DNA of 64,000 nt, counting the filler, from Collodictyon triciliatum (Eukaryota): NCBI GenBank assembly GCA_043381765.1. It is 21 parts of 21 records of this genome, joined end to end, with 100 filler letters (N's around TTAATTAATTAA, not from the genome) between each part and the next. Parts side by side here need not be neighbours in the genome. Positions count along the whole stretch, not along the records: positions 1 to 2,957 come from JBHJMP010008019.1; positions 3,058 to 6,014 come from JBHJMP010008020.1; positions 6,115 to 9,070 come from JBHJMP010008021.1; positions 9,171 to 12,126 come from JBHJMP010008022.1; positions 12,227 to 15,182 come from JBHJMP010008023.1; 16 more parts are not named here. The stretch is one strand, 5' to 3'. The notes beneath the pieces were generated by a model. It was not told the DNA's origin and did not search any database. It was given only the letters and a program-made list of their open reading frames with translations. This document shows, one piece after another, positions 1-12,361 of this stretch; position 1 is the first letter of the stretch, and each line of letters starts with the position of its first letter. Made by a program: the position numbers and the translations under genes.

Positions 1-304
1 AAAAGAAAAAGAAAAAGAAAAAGAAAAAGAAAAAGAAAAAGAAAAAGAAAAAGAAAAAGAAAAAGAAAAAGAAAAAGAAAGAGAAAGAGAAAAAGAAAAA
101 GAAAAAGAAAAAGAAAAAGAAAAAGAAAAAGAAAGAGAAAAAGAAAAAGAAAAAGAAAAAGAAAGAGAAAAAGAAAAAGAAAAAGAAAAAGAAAAAGAAA
201 AAGAAAAAAAGAAGAATAAGAAAAAGCACTACTCAGGTGATGATTCACATGTCATTATATTTGTTATCAAAAGAAAAAGAAAAACAGGAAATTTCCTATC
301 ATAC

Positions 305-2792
305 CGATATTTGTTTTGATCGGTTGAATACAAACCGGGCTGTGCCTGTGACAGAATGATATGTTTGTGGAGTCGGTCAAGTCTTCTCCCAGGTTAAGAT
401 AGAGCCCCTTCATAAACGCGCAGGTTGGATGGTATGCCGTAACACATTCCTTTTTTGAGCATTGGATACACGCGCCCATTTTCTCTTTGCAAATATAGCA
501 TATCTACATAAAATATCAGATGAATTAAAATCTGTCAGGTTGTTTTCCCTCTCAAATTCTATAATGTGTAAATATATCCCCTTCTCTTCTGATTAACCCA
601 ACTCCATTGTTTCTCATTCTCACGGTTTTCACAATTTTCACACTAGATTTTTTTTTAAAAAATGTGGAGAAAAAATTGAATAAAATAAGCTTTCGTATTG
701 ATTCACATACAAGTTTCCATCGGTCTGATACGACTTTAGACAAATCTATCGAATCCATCACATCCAAGTCAAATATCCGCACCTCTGGAATCCATAATGC
801 ACAAAGTATATGAACCCATCCGCTGCAATTTCCACGTCATGAAAATTTTAATATAGGGGCTAGTTATAATATTGGATATTATTGAAACAAAAACATTACA
901 TTTTATTCACGAATTAAAAAAGAAATCCAAAAAAAAGGGAGAAAAATACGATTTGTCAATAGTTTGTTTCATCGGTCCTTTTTGACTGCTGCACAACTGA
1001 CACTTCTGTGTTGTTGAGATTACTATGGTCAGGAGCATAAACACACACATTGACCATAGTCTCTTTGAGGCTGTTTTTTTTCTTTTTTTTTAAAATGACT
1101 AAAATGAACAGGTGATGCCCGAAGTTTGCACGATCGACAAAGCCACGCTCCCTCGGGAATACAACTGACTCCATAGCATTCTGCACAATTTATTCGGGAT
1201 TGGAAGAAATATACGTCTTAGTGATGCACTTGTTTGTTTTCATAGAGGTAACACTACTGAAAAATTAATTAAAACAAAGGCAAATAAATAAAGAAGCCAA
1301 AGCGAAGACAATTCAGCTGTACAAAAAAAAAAGTTTAAAAATAAACAATATTATGATTAAATAAAGGATTTTCTGAATTATATATATGTATTTTTTTTAT
1401 TCTTCCTTTCAACTTTTGTGCTGAATTATATATATATGTATATTATTCACGAAAAAATCTTAACCCTTATATGTATGAAAGATTGTATACATTGCATGCG
1501 ATTTAGGCAAACACATCAGATATTAATTCGTGTCAAGCAAAGGCATCAACCTTGGTGGACTGCGAGATTACATCCATCACAGTATACAATAAGATTGGTG
1601 TCGTCTGAATCCTCACAATTACAAACCGAACACATCATGTATGTCTCAGTGTATTTTCTTCTTTTATCCCCATTCAAATCTGGAATCTAATTAACAAAAA
1701 TAAAATAAAATAAAAATTCACAAATGATATTTAAGTGCTCAAATCACAATCAAATAATTTACATATTTTAAGCAATATGAAAATAATTGGGATTTTGATC
1801 CGTACAAGCTCTTCGTCGTGCTTTTCGAATGTATCTACCACGGATTCAAACATATCAAAAGTAACTGGAGTGCGGGTCACTGAAACGTTCTTTGAGTTCA
1901 ACTCCTATGTATTTTAAACGAATTATTAAATATTCGAATCGTATATAATTCAGAACAAATAATAAAAACAAAAACAAAAACAAAAACAAAAACAAAAACA
2001 AAAACAAAAACAAAAACAAAAACAAAAACAAAAACAAAAACAAAAACAAAAAAGGGTAATAAAACAGGAAACACTACTTATACAGCCATTCCACTTCGAT
2101 TTTATTTTCATGAAAAAATTTTTTATTAAAAAAATGGTTTTTTTTAATTAAAGCTGACGCGAAGAAAAATCTCATCCTCGCTGTCCATGTCATATTCGGG
2201 TGGCCTCAATAAATCATCTGCTGGTGCTATAAAATATGATGAGCTGTTCAATAATGATAATGTGACTATCATTCAGGGCGCAAACCACCAAATTAAATGC
2301 AAAAAATAATAAGCATAAAAATAAATAAATAAATCATTTAGACAATTAACTTTATGTACACAAACAATCGAAGCAATATTTATAATTCATAAAAAAAATA
2401 TATTTAGAGTCACGGCACTTGGCCTTCAACTTACGCTTCCATTTTATATATCCATCTGTCCTCCACACTGGTATCTTGCATGGAGTGTCATTTTCTCTCC
2501 GACTCTAATCAATCATTATATTATGCGTGTATGTATTTATATGATAGTTCGTACAAAATTCGGCCATAGTTATGGTTTTAGAGTAGTATTTTTTATATGA
2601 ATATTAAAAGAGTAGCTACTTTTTATTTCTTTCTGAATTTCTTTATGTTCAAAGGGAAAAATATTATCATGAAAAAATCTTTCAACCAAAGAGAATGAAC
2701 ATGAATATAAAATTTATACTAACATCAACAATTTCTCGGTAGGACGGTCGTTTTAACAGTGCCAGGTTTACATTCTTAAGTAGAGCCGTTTC
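305..2792 (-). CDS. BRPF/JADE/NTO1-like PHD-finger chromatin protein (EPL1-like + PHD + extended PHD), partial, multi-exon
   Basis: GT-AG exons join to PPEYDMDSEDEIFLRELNSK...[84 protein letters not shown] and ICKEKMGACIQCSKKECVTAYHPTCA...FCHRH. Confidence 0.9.
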
Positions 2793-2957
2793 CTATATCA
2801 AAATTTAAAGTTGGGCATAATACCATAAGTAAAAGGCAACATAACAAAAAGACACATAAAAAAGACACATAAAAAAAGACACATAAAAAAAGACACATAA
2901 AAAAAGACACATAAAAAAAGACACATAAAAAAAGACACATAAAAAAAGACACATAAA

Positions 2958-3056
2958 NNNNNNNNNNNNNNNNNNNNNNNNNNNNNNNNNNNNNNNNNNN
3001 NTTAATTAATTAANNNNNNNNNNNNNNNNNNNNNNNNNNNNNNNNNNNNNNNNNNN
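2958..3056. other. Artificial contig-join spacer (N-run + TTAATTAATTAA + N-run), recurring about every 3.05 kb
   Basis: The same six-frame-stop 12-mer flanked by Ns recurs at ~3002, 6059, 9115, 12171, 15227, 18283 ... 61008. The pieces between are ~2.95 kb with slowly decreasing length. Confidence 0.98.
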
Positions 3057-3059
3057 NTG

Positions 3060-3091
<32 letters not shown>

Positions 3092-3132
3092 TGTTTTGTT
3101 TTTGTTTTGTTTTTGTTTTGTTTTTGTTTTGT

Positions 3133-3163
<31 letters not shown>

Positions 3164-3258
3164 TGTTTTGTTTTTTTTGTCAACTCTTTTAGTGGAGAGC
3201 GCAGATATTTGTATGAGTCTTGTGAGTGGGAAGTAACGCGTGGCGAAGAGGGAAAGTA

Positions 3259-4436
<1,178 letters not shown>

Positions 4437-5785
4437 TGGATCGTCTGCTTTGCGTCACTGTTGGATGATGATGCTCCTGCTTTATTTACACTCTCCTCGA
4501 GTAATTACTTTACAGTCTCTTGACCTCCGCCTAAGGTGTTAAGTAATAAATATTGAATTGATATTCGTACTGTTCATTTCAAAATTACTAGAGTAGGGTT
4601 TGTTTTCCTTTCCGTAAAAAAAAAAAAAAATAGAAAAAGTTGAAGAAAAAAAATCCAATAAACATATATAGCTCGATACGTATTCGAGCAAATCCCTCAG
4701 ACATTTTAAGTCTTCGCGAAGAAAATGATTCATAATAATGATATGTATAAAGAGACAAAGAGCGCTGTGATGTTTTCAACATAGCACACATTACACCAGA
4801 GGTAGTCTGAGTAGGGGAGAGAATTATGTAAAAAGGAGTGAGATTAAGGGAGTAGAAAGAGAAAGAAAGATATTAGACGATTTAGGGAAAGTAAAAATAA
4901 GAGTACTAGGCGTAGTTGAGAGGATCAAGTTTTCAAAAAAAAAAAAGTTCACTAGGATGCACTACACCGGAATAATTTAAGAAAATATTATTCTTGAGAA
5001 GCTCCTAGTGGTCTATACGAATCCGCTGACCTTAACCGAATAAAACAAGTTGGGTGATGTATAGTGGAACGCTTATTTGTGACTTTGGACCACCCATAAC
5101 ATAGATATTGAGGACCGGAAGCCGAGGGACTAGCGAAAGGTTGCTGATTCGAAGATTTGATCAAATTCAAAGCCTTCCAAGATCTGGAGCTGCCCAGATG
5201 GATTCCGTGAAATACAACGAATATTATAGGTGTGAGGAAGGGAATGACAACTAGACTAGAAAAAGAAGACATAGATGATAAGCGTGTTCGAAGGGCATCA
5301 GCAAGAGAGAGATATGAATAAAGGCCTCGAGCAGAAAGTAGCTCAGGTTGCCAGCACCAGCGAAAGCAGAATGCTCGAGGCAGCAAGGGCTGGGAGACTC
5401 TGAAAGTCAAAGGCACAAACTCGCCACGAATAGAGTGGACGAAGCTACGAGGGCCACGGAGACATTCTAAGGTCGGGTGTAATAATTTGTGTGCAAGGCT
5501 TGTGTGTTTGCTGCTGGTAGATCCCGCTCAACTTGCTTGGAGCCTGTCCTGATCTTTTCCTTGGCGGCTTCTCTCTGTTGGCGATTCTGTCGCCTGCTTC
5601 CTGTGCGGATTGGCCGCCTAACCACTCGAGATCCCAACACCCTTTAAAAGCCAATTTTCAGGAATTCTCTCCTGGTGAGTGCAGAACATTATCTTAAAGT
5701 GGATAATACCGTAAATTTAATTTTGTATACTCAATACCGTTGAAAAGGTACAGTGCGGTTTTCAGTTTATACAGGCTTTAAGGAC

Positions 5786-6014
5786 TCGTGAAATACAGCT
5801 TCCTGAACAGCCTGTTGAAACACGCCCACACTATTTGCTACTCTGACTGCAAGCGAAGAGAGATGTGGGAATGTGTCGTGCGATATCTCCCAAAGTATAT
5901 CCAACCCTTGCTACCCACGCAACCAATCAACCAGTTGGGACGCCCACCTGACCAACTCGCTATCACTGATTTCTTTCCAGTGCTACCCTCTCCACGGTAG
6001 TGTCTTCTCCTACT
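5786..6014 (+). mobile_element. 5'-truncated 3' end of the LINE family seen at 48887-49885
   Basis: Aligns by eye base for base with 49560-49790 (ctcgtg.aatacagcttcctgaac...tcttc.cctact), with scattered substitutions and a 1-nt indel. Confidence 0.9.
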
Positions 6015-6273
6015 NNNNNNNNNNNNNNNNNNNNNNNNNNNNNNNNNNNNNNNNNNNNTTAATTAATTAANNNNNNNNNNNNNNNNNNNNNNNNNNNNNN
6101 NNNNNNNNNNNNNNTTCTTATTTTTGTTTTATTGTTTTTTTATTGTTCTCCTATTTTTCTTTTTTCTTTTTTTTGATATTTTTTTTCATTTTATCTTGTA
6201 TATTCTATCTTTTATCCTCGATGATATCTTTTGTTTTTCGATTCATCCTATTCCTACTTTCTTTTATTTATAG

Positions 6274-8799
6274 CTTGCTCCACTCTCTGGTCTCCTTCTA
6301 CCTCATGATAAATGAGAGAATGAGCAGCAAATTCTCTTTAGCAGAAATCAGAGAGCTCTCAATAAAAACGGTAATTGAGTTTCGAGGATTGTATTTCTCT
6401 CATTTTCATTTTCGAAAAAAATAATTATTTTGACCCTTTTTTTTATGTAAGTCACACTTACCTCTTTCCCCTTGAAATATTTGTTAAAAGGCTATTGAGA
6501 AATTGGCTTCAGATGAGAAGTCAGATACATTCAGACAACAATGGATTCCGATGTCCAAGAAGTTTATCGAATGTTGGAATATTTCATTCTGTTACGTGAA
6601 CCAAAAGCCCGGCAGACCAGGACAAAAACTTACCGAAATTAATGAAGATGTATGTATGCAGCAGAAGTATTTTTTTTTTTCATCTGTTCCGCATTAATTA
6701 CTCATCGTTCGCGTTTTAATATTGAATAGACAAAGCTGAGCAAAATATTGCCCACAAATTCTCGAGAGTCTCAAGGATTAGTGGAAATAATTGAAATTTT
6801 ATCCGAAGTGCATAATCAAATTATCGAGGCTGGATGGAAAGACAACTTGAATCGGGATGACTATACCCCTATACAGTTGATATCCAAGGAAAATATCGTC
6901 GACTGGGACATGGATAACCCTAAATCAGTGAAGATTGATACATTCCAATAACAATATATCCAAACATTTTTCTCCCGTTCCCTTTCTTTTTCTCTTTTTT
7001 TCTCTTTTTTTCTCTTTTTTTCTCTTTTTTTCTCTTTTTTTCTCTTTTTTTCTCTTTTTTTCTCTTTTTTTCTCTTTTTTTCTCTTTTTCTCTTTTAATT
7101 TGCCTTGGTTTATCGTTTTCTGTGAAATCCAAGGTATTAACTTAAATATTCTTTGATGGTTATGACAGACCGCTTGGATTATAATTGACCGTTGTACTTC
7201 TCGAAATTATGAACCGAGACATGGGAGAGATGTCACATTTAATTGGGAGAAGGTTGGTTTTATAATAGAAATCGAAAATTATAAGTTTTAAAGAACACTC
7301 ATAACAATATTGTATCATAGAAAAATAATATATTAATATCATTCATATGATTATTCCCTGTCATAGATGGAGGGACTTATTTTCCAGAAAGCAATCATGT
7401 CTCGTAACCTGATAAGGGTGCATAAACTAAACACGATTTCGGGCACGGACGAGAATACAAATGGCGGCAAAAATCAAGTTTGTTGAATATTCATTCTAGA
7501 TCTTTTTTTATTCGAATTTATTAAATTATATTTGGGCAACAACCTGTTACACAAAGAAATGCTTTTTTATTTTCCAGTGGTTTTTTTCTTTGTCATTTAC
7601 TAAAGAATGCTGAAACTAAATTCACTAACTTCTGACATTCGAAGCCAACAGCTACTACGGATACAATAAGCTCCTCTTTGCCGTAAGTTTGATTTCCTTC
7701 GGATATTGAGTTTTTTGTTCGGATTGTCTTTTTTTTTTGTTTCTTGGATATTTAACTTTTATTTTTGAAAAAAATAAAGTTATACTTATCTGGATACTCT
7801 CTTTTCATAAAAAAAAAAAAAAAGAGTGTTCAAATTTTCTGACGACATTGCAAGTCTAACGCCTTGGTCGAAAGTTCACAAAAAAGTGGGCTACAAAGTC
7901 GTTGAAACAGGTAAATGGTTTTTTTTTCATATGTATGATTTCCTTGTTTTCCATAAGCTTATCAAATTTCAATAGAAACCTTCGAAAAGATTCTTCGAGA
8001 AAGTAGAGTGGAAAATGGAACTGATTGCTATGTCGTCTACAAGGTTTGTGGATACAAATTTACAGAAACCATTTTTTTTAAATGTGCATTTAATTACTGA
8101 GCTCAATATTAATTTAGTAAAATTAACAATGATAACTTAAATAAAAAAAAACTATTAAAATAAAGGAAACATTGATGTATGCAAATTATATTGCACTCAC
8201 CGGAGGCAGTCCTGAAATGAAGGTGGACAAATATGTCGATGAGGTAAAATAAATGAAATAAAAAAACTATCGACAAATAAAAATAAAAGTCGGTTATAAC
8301 TTGACCATATAAAGTATTACATATCATATACCCAAAATTATCAAATTTCTTCAATCTTTGTTATGCGATTGGAAAACCATCTAGATTCTTAGAAGGAGAA
8401 AACACCATGAGGCTTTTACCCAAATTTCTTTATGTGAGTTGCATAGCTTCTCGGACAATTTGATGAAGAAAGTGCCTGTCGAGCAGCTTATTTCATCAAT
8501 CTACAAGAAAAAGATAAATGTAACATGTCTTTGTTAATCCTTCGAATTTATACTATCGAACTTGCCTGTCTTTTCAAAAAGAAAAATTCAGGTTTAACAT
8601 ATTGCAAACACTGAAAATAACCAGAATGTAATATGCTAATAACAAATGTGAAAAAAATTAGCACACCATGAGTGAGAATATCAGAAAATATCTGAGACCA
8701 ATCGAAGACGCTGAGCTCAAAAGCTTTTTGAACGGACTCTACAATTTCATGAGAGACAGCCTCTTGGAGACGACGTACAGTGACACTGGTTCGCTCAAG
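6274..8799 (+). CDS. RNF213 (mysterin)-like C-terminal domain, partial, about 11 exons
   Basis: Spliced translation ...KFIECWN...LSKILP...LVEIIEILSEVHNQII...IIIDRCTSRNYEPRHGRDVTFNWEKMEGLIFQK...YIALTGGSPEMKVDKYVDEIL...SIYKKKI...SFLNGLYNFM...GSLK parallels the RNF213 C-terminal motifs as I recall them (LHNEIV, LILSNCQY...EFDLEK, TAGGDPNMQL). Confidence 0.65.
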
Positions 8800-8977
8800 G
8801 TTAGCCAAATTACCAACAGCGCCTTATATTTTCTTTCTTTTTGGTGTATTATCTGTATGACATTTTATTATGGTATACGCTTTCTTTATCACACATGCTC
8901 GAATCCACCAAAAACTACCATGATGTAGTTCAAATTGTTTTGTAGTCATAATTGTGCCCGTAATTGAATTATTTTTA

Positions 8978-9070
<93 letters not shown>

Positions 9071-9599
9071 NNNNNNNNNNNNNNNNNNNNNNNNNNNNNN
9101 NNNNNNNNNNNNNNTTAATTAATTAANNNNNNNNNNNNNNNNNNNNNNNNNNNNNNNNNNNNNNNNNNNNCTTTAGTTGTAAGCGGGGTTGGGGCTGGGC
9201 TCTTATATCCTTTCGGACGAATACTTGCTCTGGAGGGGTACCCTCCGACCATCTTGTGCTCCTCGTTGGTTGGGCTCGTCCGCGTGTTACGTGTAAAATG
9301 AGGATTTACAAAGATAGCTTTGGCCAACTTGGCCTAATTAATTTCTTAGATGGGCACGATACCCTCGATAGAAATTTATTTTATCAAAAAATTTCTTTTG
9401 GGAAATCGAGATGGTAAGACGAATCCCTTCCAATTGCTGGCTAAGGACACGATACTTTCCGATATATTGTTCTTGGTTGAAAACCTGGTAGTCGAGCTCT
9501 TGAGAGGGTTTTTCTTCAGGAGCGGTCAGGGTCGCAGATCGAAAGCCTCTCTCTCTCTCTCTCTCTCTCTCTTTGATTAGGTAGTGTTAGCTACTTGAT

Positions 9600-9762
9600 C
9601 GGTTTAAACAACTTTTGAACTTTTCATCATTTCCGTTATTACTAGGAAAGTATACTAAACTTTCGATTGGTAAGCCTGGAGCACTAGTATCCAAAGTCTC
9701 ATCACATTTTTTCACAAAGCTTGTGCAGTGGTGAAGGCTGCCAGGAAAGACCCGACAGCCTA
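9600..9762 (-). ncRNA. Candidate Fanzor omegaRNA scaffold / element right end
   Basis: Begins at the stop codon with hairpin GGCTGTCGGG-TCTTT-CCTGGCAGCC (10 bp, two G-U pairs that form only on the minus strand). Further stems follow: CACAA/TTGTG, ATACTA/TAGTAT, TTTCC/GGAAA. Confidence 0.55.
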
Positions 9763-11654
9763 TTTTTTAAAGCAAGGTGTATGCATATTTTGAAGGATTA
9801 AAAGAACTTTCTTGGGTATATTTTTAGCGCTGTTTAAGTCCTTTGTCAAGAATACACTCTGTTTGCTCTCTAAGCGATTGCATTCTTTACATATGAGACA
9901 TCTATACACCATTCTTTGAATTTCCTTTCAGTTTCATATATTCCAGTTCTTTTTCGCAGTTGTGGCACATCTTGGAGGTTCTAAATTCATTTACACTGAC
10001 TGCTTCAAAACGTTTGGATAGTATTTTTTGTAATCCTCTTCCGATTGTTGGCATAAAATGCTTCATCTGAGATTTTCTGCTCCAGTCTCCATACGCCAGT
10101 ACAACATCCTTGCTAAATGTCATTTCGATTCGGTCCACAAACAAGTGTTCACTTCTTTTTGTACTAACATTCTGTCTCCATCTCGTCTTTCGAAAAGGTA
10201 CTTGTTCATAAAATCTGGAAAATTCTATCTGGTATCTTGATTTCATAGATACATATTATCGAAATTTTTCATAATCGAGCGTGCATGAATTATGTTTATC
10301 AGTTATGTCTCTAAATCGATTAAAGAAACCCTTGATGTCTCAAACTGCTGATTCTCTTCAAAAGTCCTGTGACCAAAAGAAACAGCACTTTGTAAATCTG
10401 TTTTCATGCATATACCTGAATAATTATACTTTTTTTTCTCGCACAAGAGTATTTTGTGTTTTTTAAGAGATTTGCTATCATGTCATCTTTGGTGTGCCGT
10501 GCAACGTAATTTCTTACCTGTCTCATCCATCATGTAAACCATATTAAACTTGCTTGCGTCCACTCCAGCTATTATTTTTTTCGCTAATAAAGATAACTGC
10601 TCTTCCGAAAGTTCATGTATATAAACATATTCTTGGGTCTTTTGATGAAATTGGGATTTTGGATTTGAAATACCTTTCTTTTTAAACAATAATGACACCG
10701 CCAAGCCATCTGTTTGTATCATGTATTTAAAAATGTAGTCTGTTTGATGAAAGACCATCTTCTTAATTGCAAAGAACTTATCCCATAGTATCTCTTTGCA
10801 TTCTGATAAATTCTTCAATAATAATGTCTTTCCAGACAATACTAATACATCTATCAAACATGCAGTATCTTGAGTAATATGACGCGGTATATTGGCAGTT
10901 CTTATAGAAATTGGTTGAAACAGTTTGGTTCAAATGTGCTCATAAATGCGATTCATGTAAATCAGACACGGAGTGTACTTGTTTGGATTGACTTTAACGT
11001 CATATTCGATACCTTCTACAATATCGCCGGGAATGATATGACGCAAATGCGTTGTAGGCCATTCTTTATATTGTTCCAGTATGTCGAGTTTCATGAAGAT
11101 GGCTTTTTTTTTTAGCTTTCACAACTCTACCTTTTTAATAGCTTCCGTAACATTCTTGTCTTTAGGAATTGTTTGAGTTATAAAGCGCAGTAACCTCTTT
11201 ACAAAAAGCTACCTAGTGTTATTATGATAAGCTGTTAACATTTGCTTCGCCAAGTACGATAATACACGAGACAGTCCAACCAACGGAAAGCGTTCTTCTC
11301 GGGACAAAAGGAATCGAAAATCATTGAGATAAAAAGTCATCATATCTTAACTCAAACCTGATTTTTTTTTTAACTTGTGGAGTTATCATGTGAAACTATT
11401 CCGACTGCCTTTAAAGCGTACAAAAAAAAAATTTTTTTTTCATCGATTGTTGGGAGTTGTTGTGATTTCAATATGTGACATCTTGCAAATAGATAAGTGT
11501 CGGTAACCAAATAATGACACAATAAAACCGTATCGTTGATTTTGTCATAGTCATCTGCATTCTTTACAATCGACTCTAGAGATGTTTCTACATTACGATA
11601 GTCTGGTTTTACAGACTTTAGATTCTCAGACTCAAGACATTTTCTTTTCTTCAT
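9760..11654 (-). pseudogene. Fanzor1 (eukaryotic TnpB/OMEGA RNA-guided nuclease), frameshifted with internal stops
   Basis: Joined frames give MKKRK..., LSYLAKQMLTAYHNN, YDVKVNPNKY..LIYMN, KLFQPISIRTANIPRHI, FKYMIQTDGLAVSLLF, RuvC-I IAGVDASK, FYEQVPFRKTRW, VVLAYGDWS, VNEFRTSKMCHNC, YRCLICKEC and RuvC-III TKDLNSAKNI. Stop TAG is at 9760-9762. Confidence 0.88.
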
Positions 11655-12226
11655 CTGAAAGTCTTTATTTTACTTTTTCCTTTAGAAAACTACCGAGTTT
11701 TCAATTTTAATAAAACTTAATTTAATTAGTCAATTTAATAAATAATTTAAAAAACTGCATAATCAATTTATGTAAAATTAAGCATCTACCGAGACTTTCA
11801 AAATGTGCGCATTGTGGCAAACAAACACACCAAGTTTTTTATAAGTGATTTGAGACAAAACGTTGAGAACTGATTCGGCGAGTTCGAAAGGACGGTCGTA
11901 TAGCCATTGCGACTGAAATTCAACATATCGACCCCAAACAACATGATTACCGCCGCAAATGTGGATAGGATTATTTTATTTTATTTTTTGAAATGCGTGT
12001 TTGGTGGCAGGTTTACAGAGTGGGTTCTGTCTGGGTCAAGTCAACGGCTTGTTTACAATTTTTGAATTAATATTATATTAATGAAAATAAAATATAAATT
12101 GATTACAGGAATAGAATGAGATTTTTNNNNNNNNNNNNNNNNNNNNNNNNNNNNNNNNNNNNNNNNNNNNTTAATTAATTAANNNNNNNNNNNNNNNNNN
12201 NNNNNNNNNNNNNNNNNNNNNNNNNN

Positions 12227-12258
<32 letters not shown>

Positions 12259-12361
12259 CACTGGTTTTTTTTTTTTTTTTTTTTTTTACAATGAAACATT
12301 GTCTTGTACGTATTTTATTGGATAGTATGAGTGATCACACCCACAGGGCGCCCTCAACGGG

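Noticed and set aside
3002-3013. Regularly spaced TTAATTAATTAA palindrome as a biological repeat or CRISPR-like array
   Set aside because: It is always embedded in N-runs and has stops in all six frames, so it is an assembly concatenation linker.
4988-5690. Retroelement-like ORFs on the minus strand
   Set aside because: No diagnostic motif recognised.
9560-12126. Terminal inverted repeats, TSD or a partner transposase for the Fanzor element
   Set aside because: I see no convincing TIR pair or transposase ORF in this contig; the ends need a multi-copy alignment.
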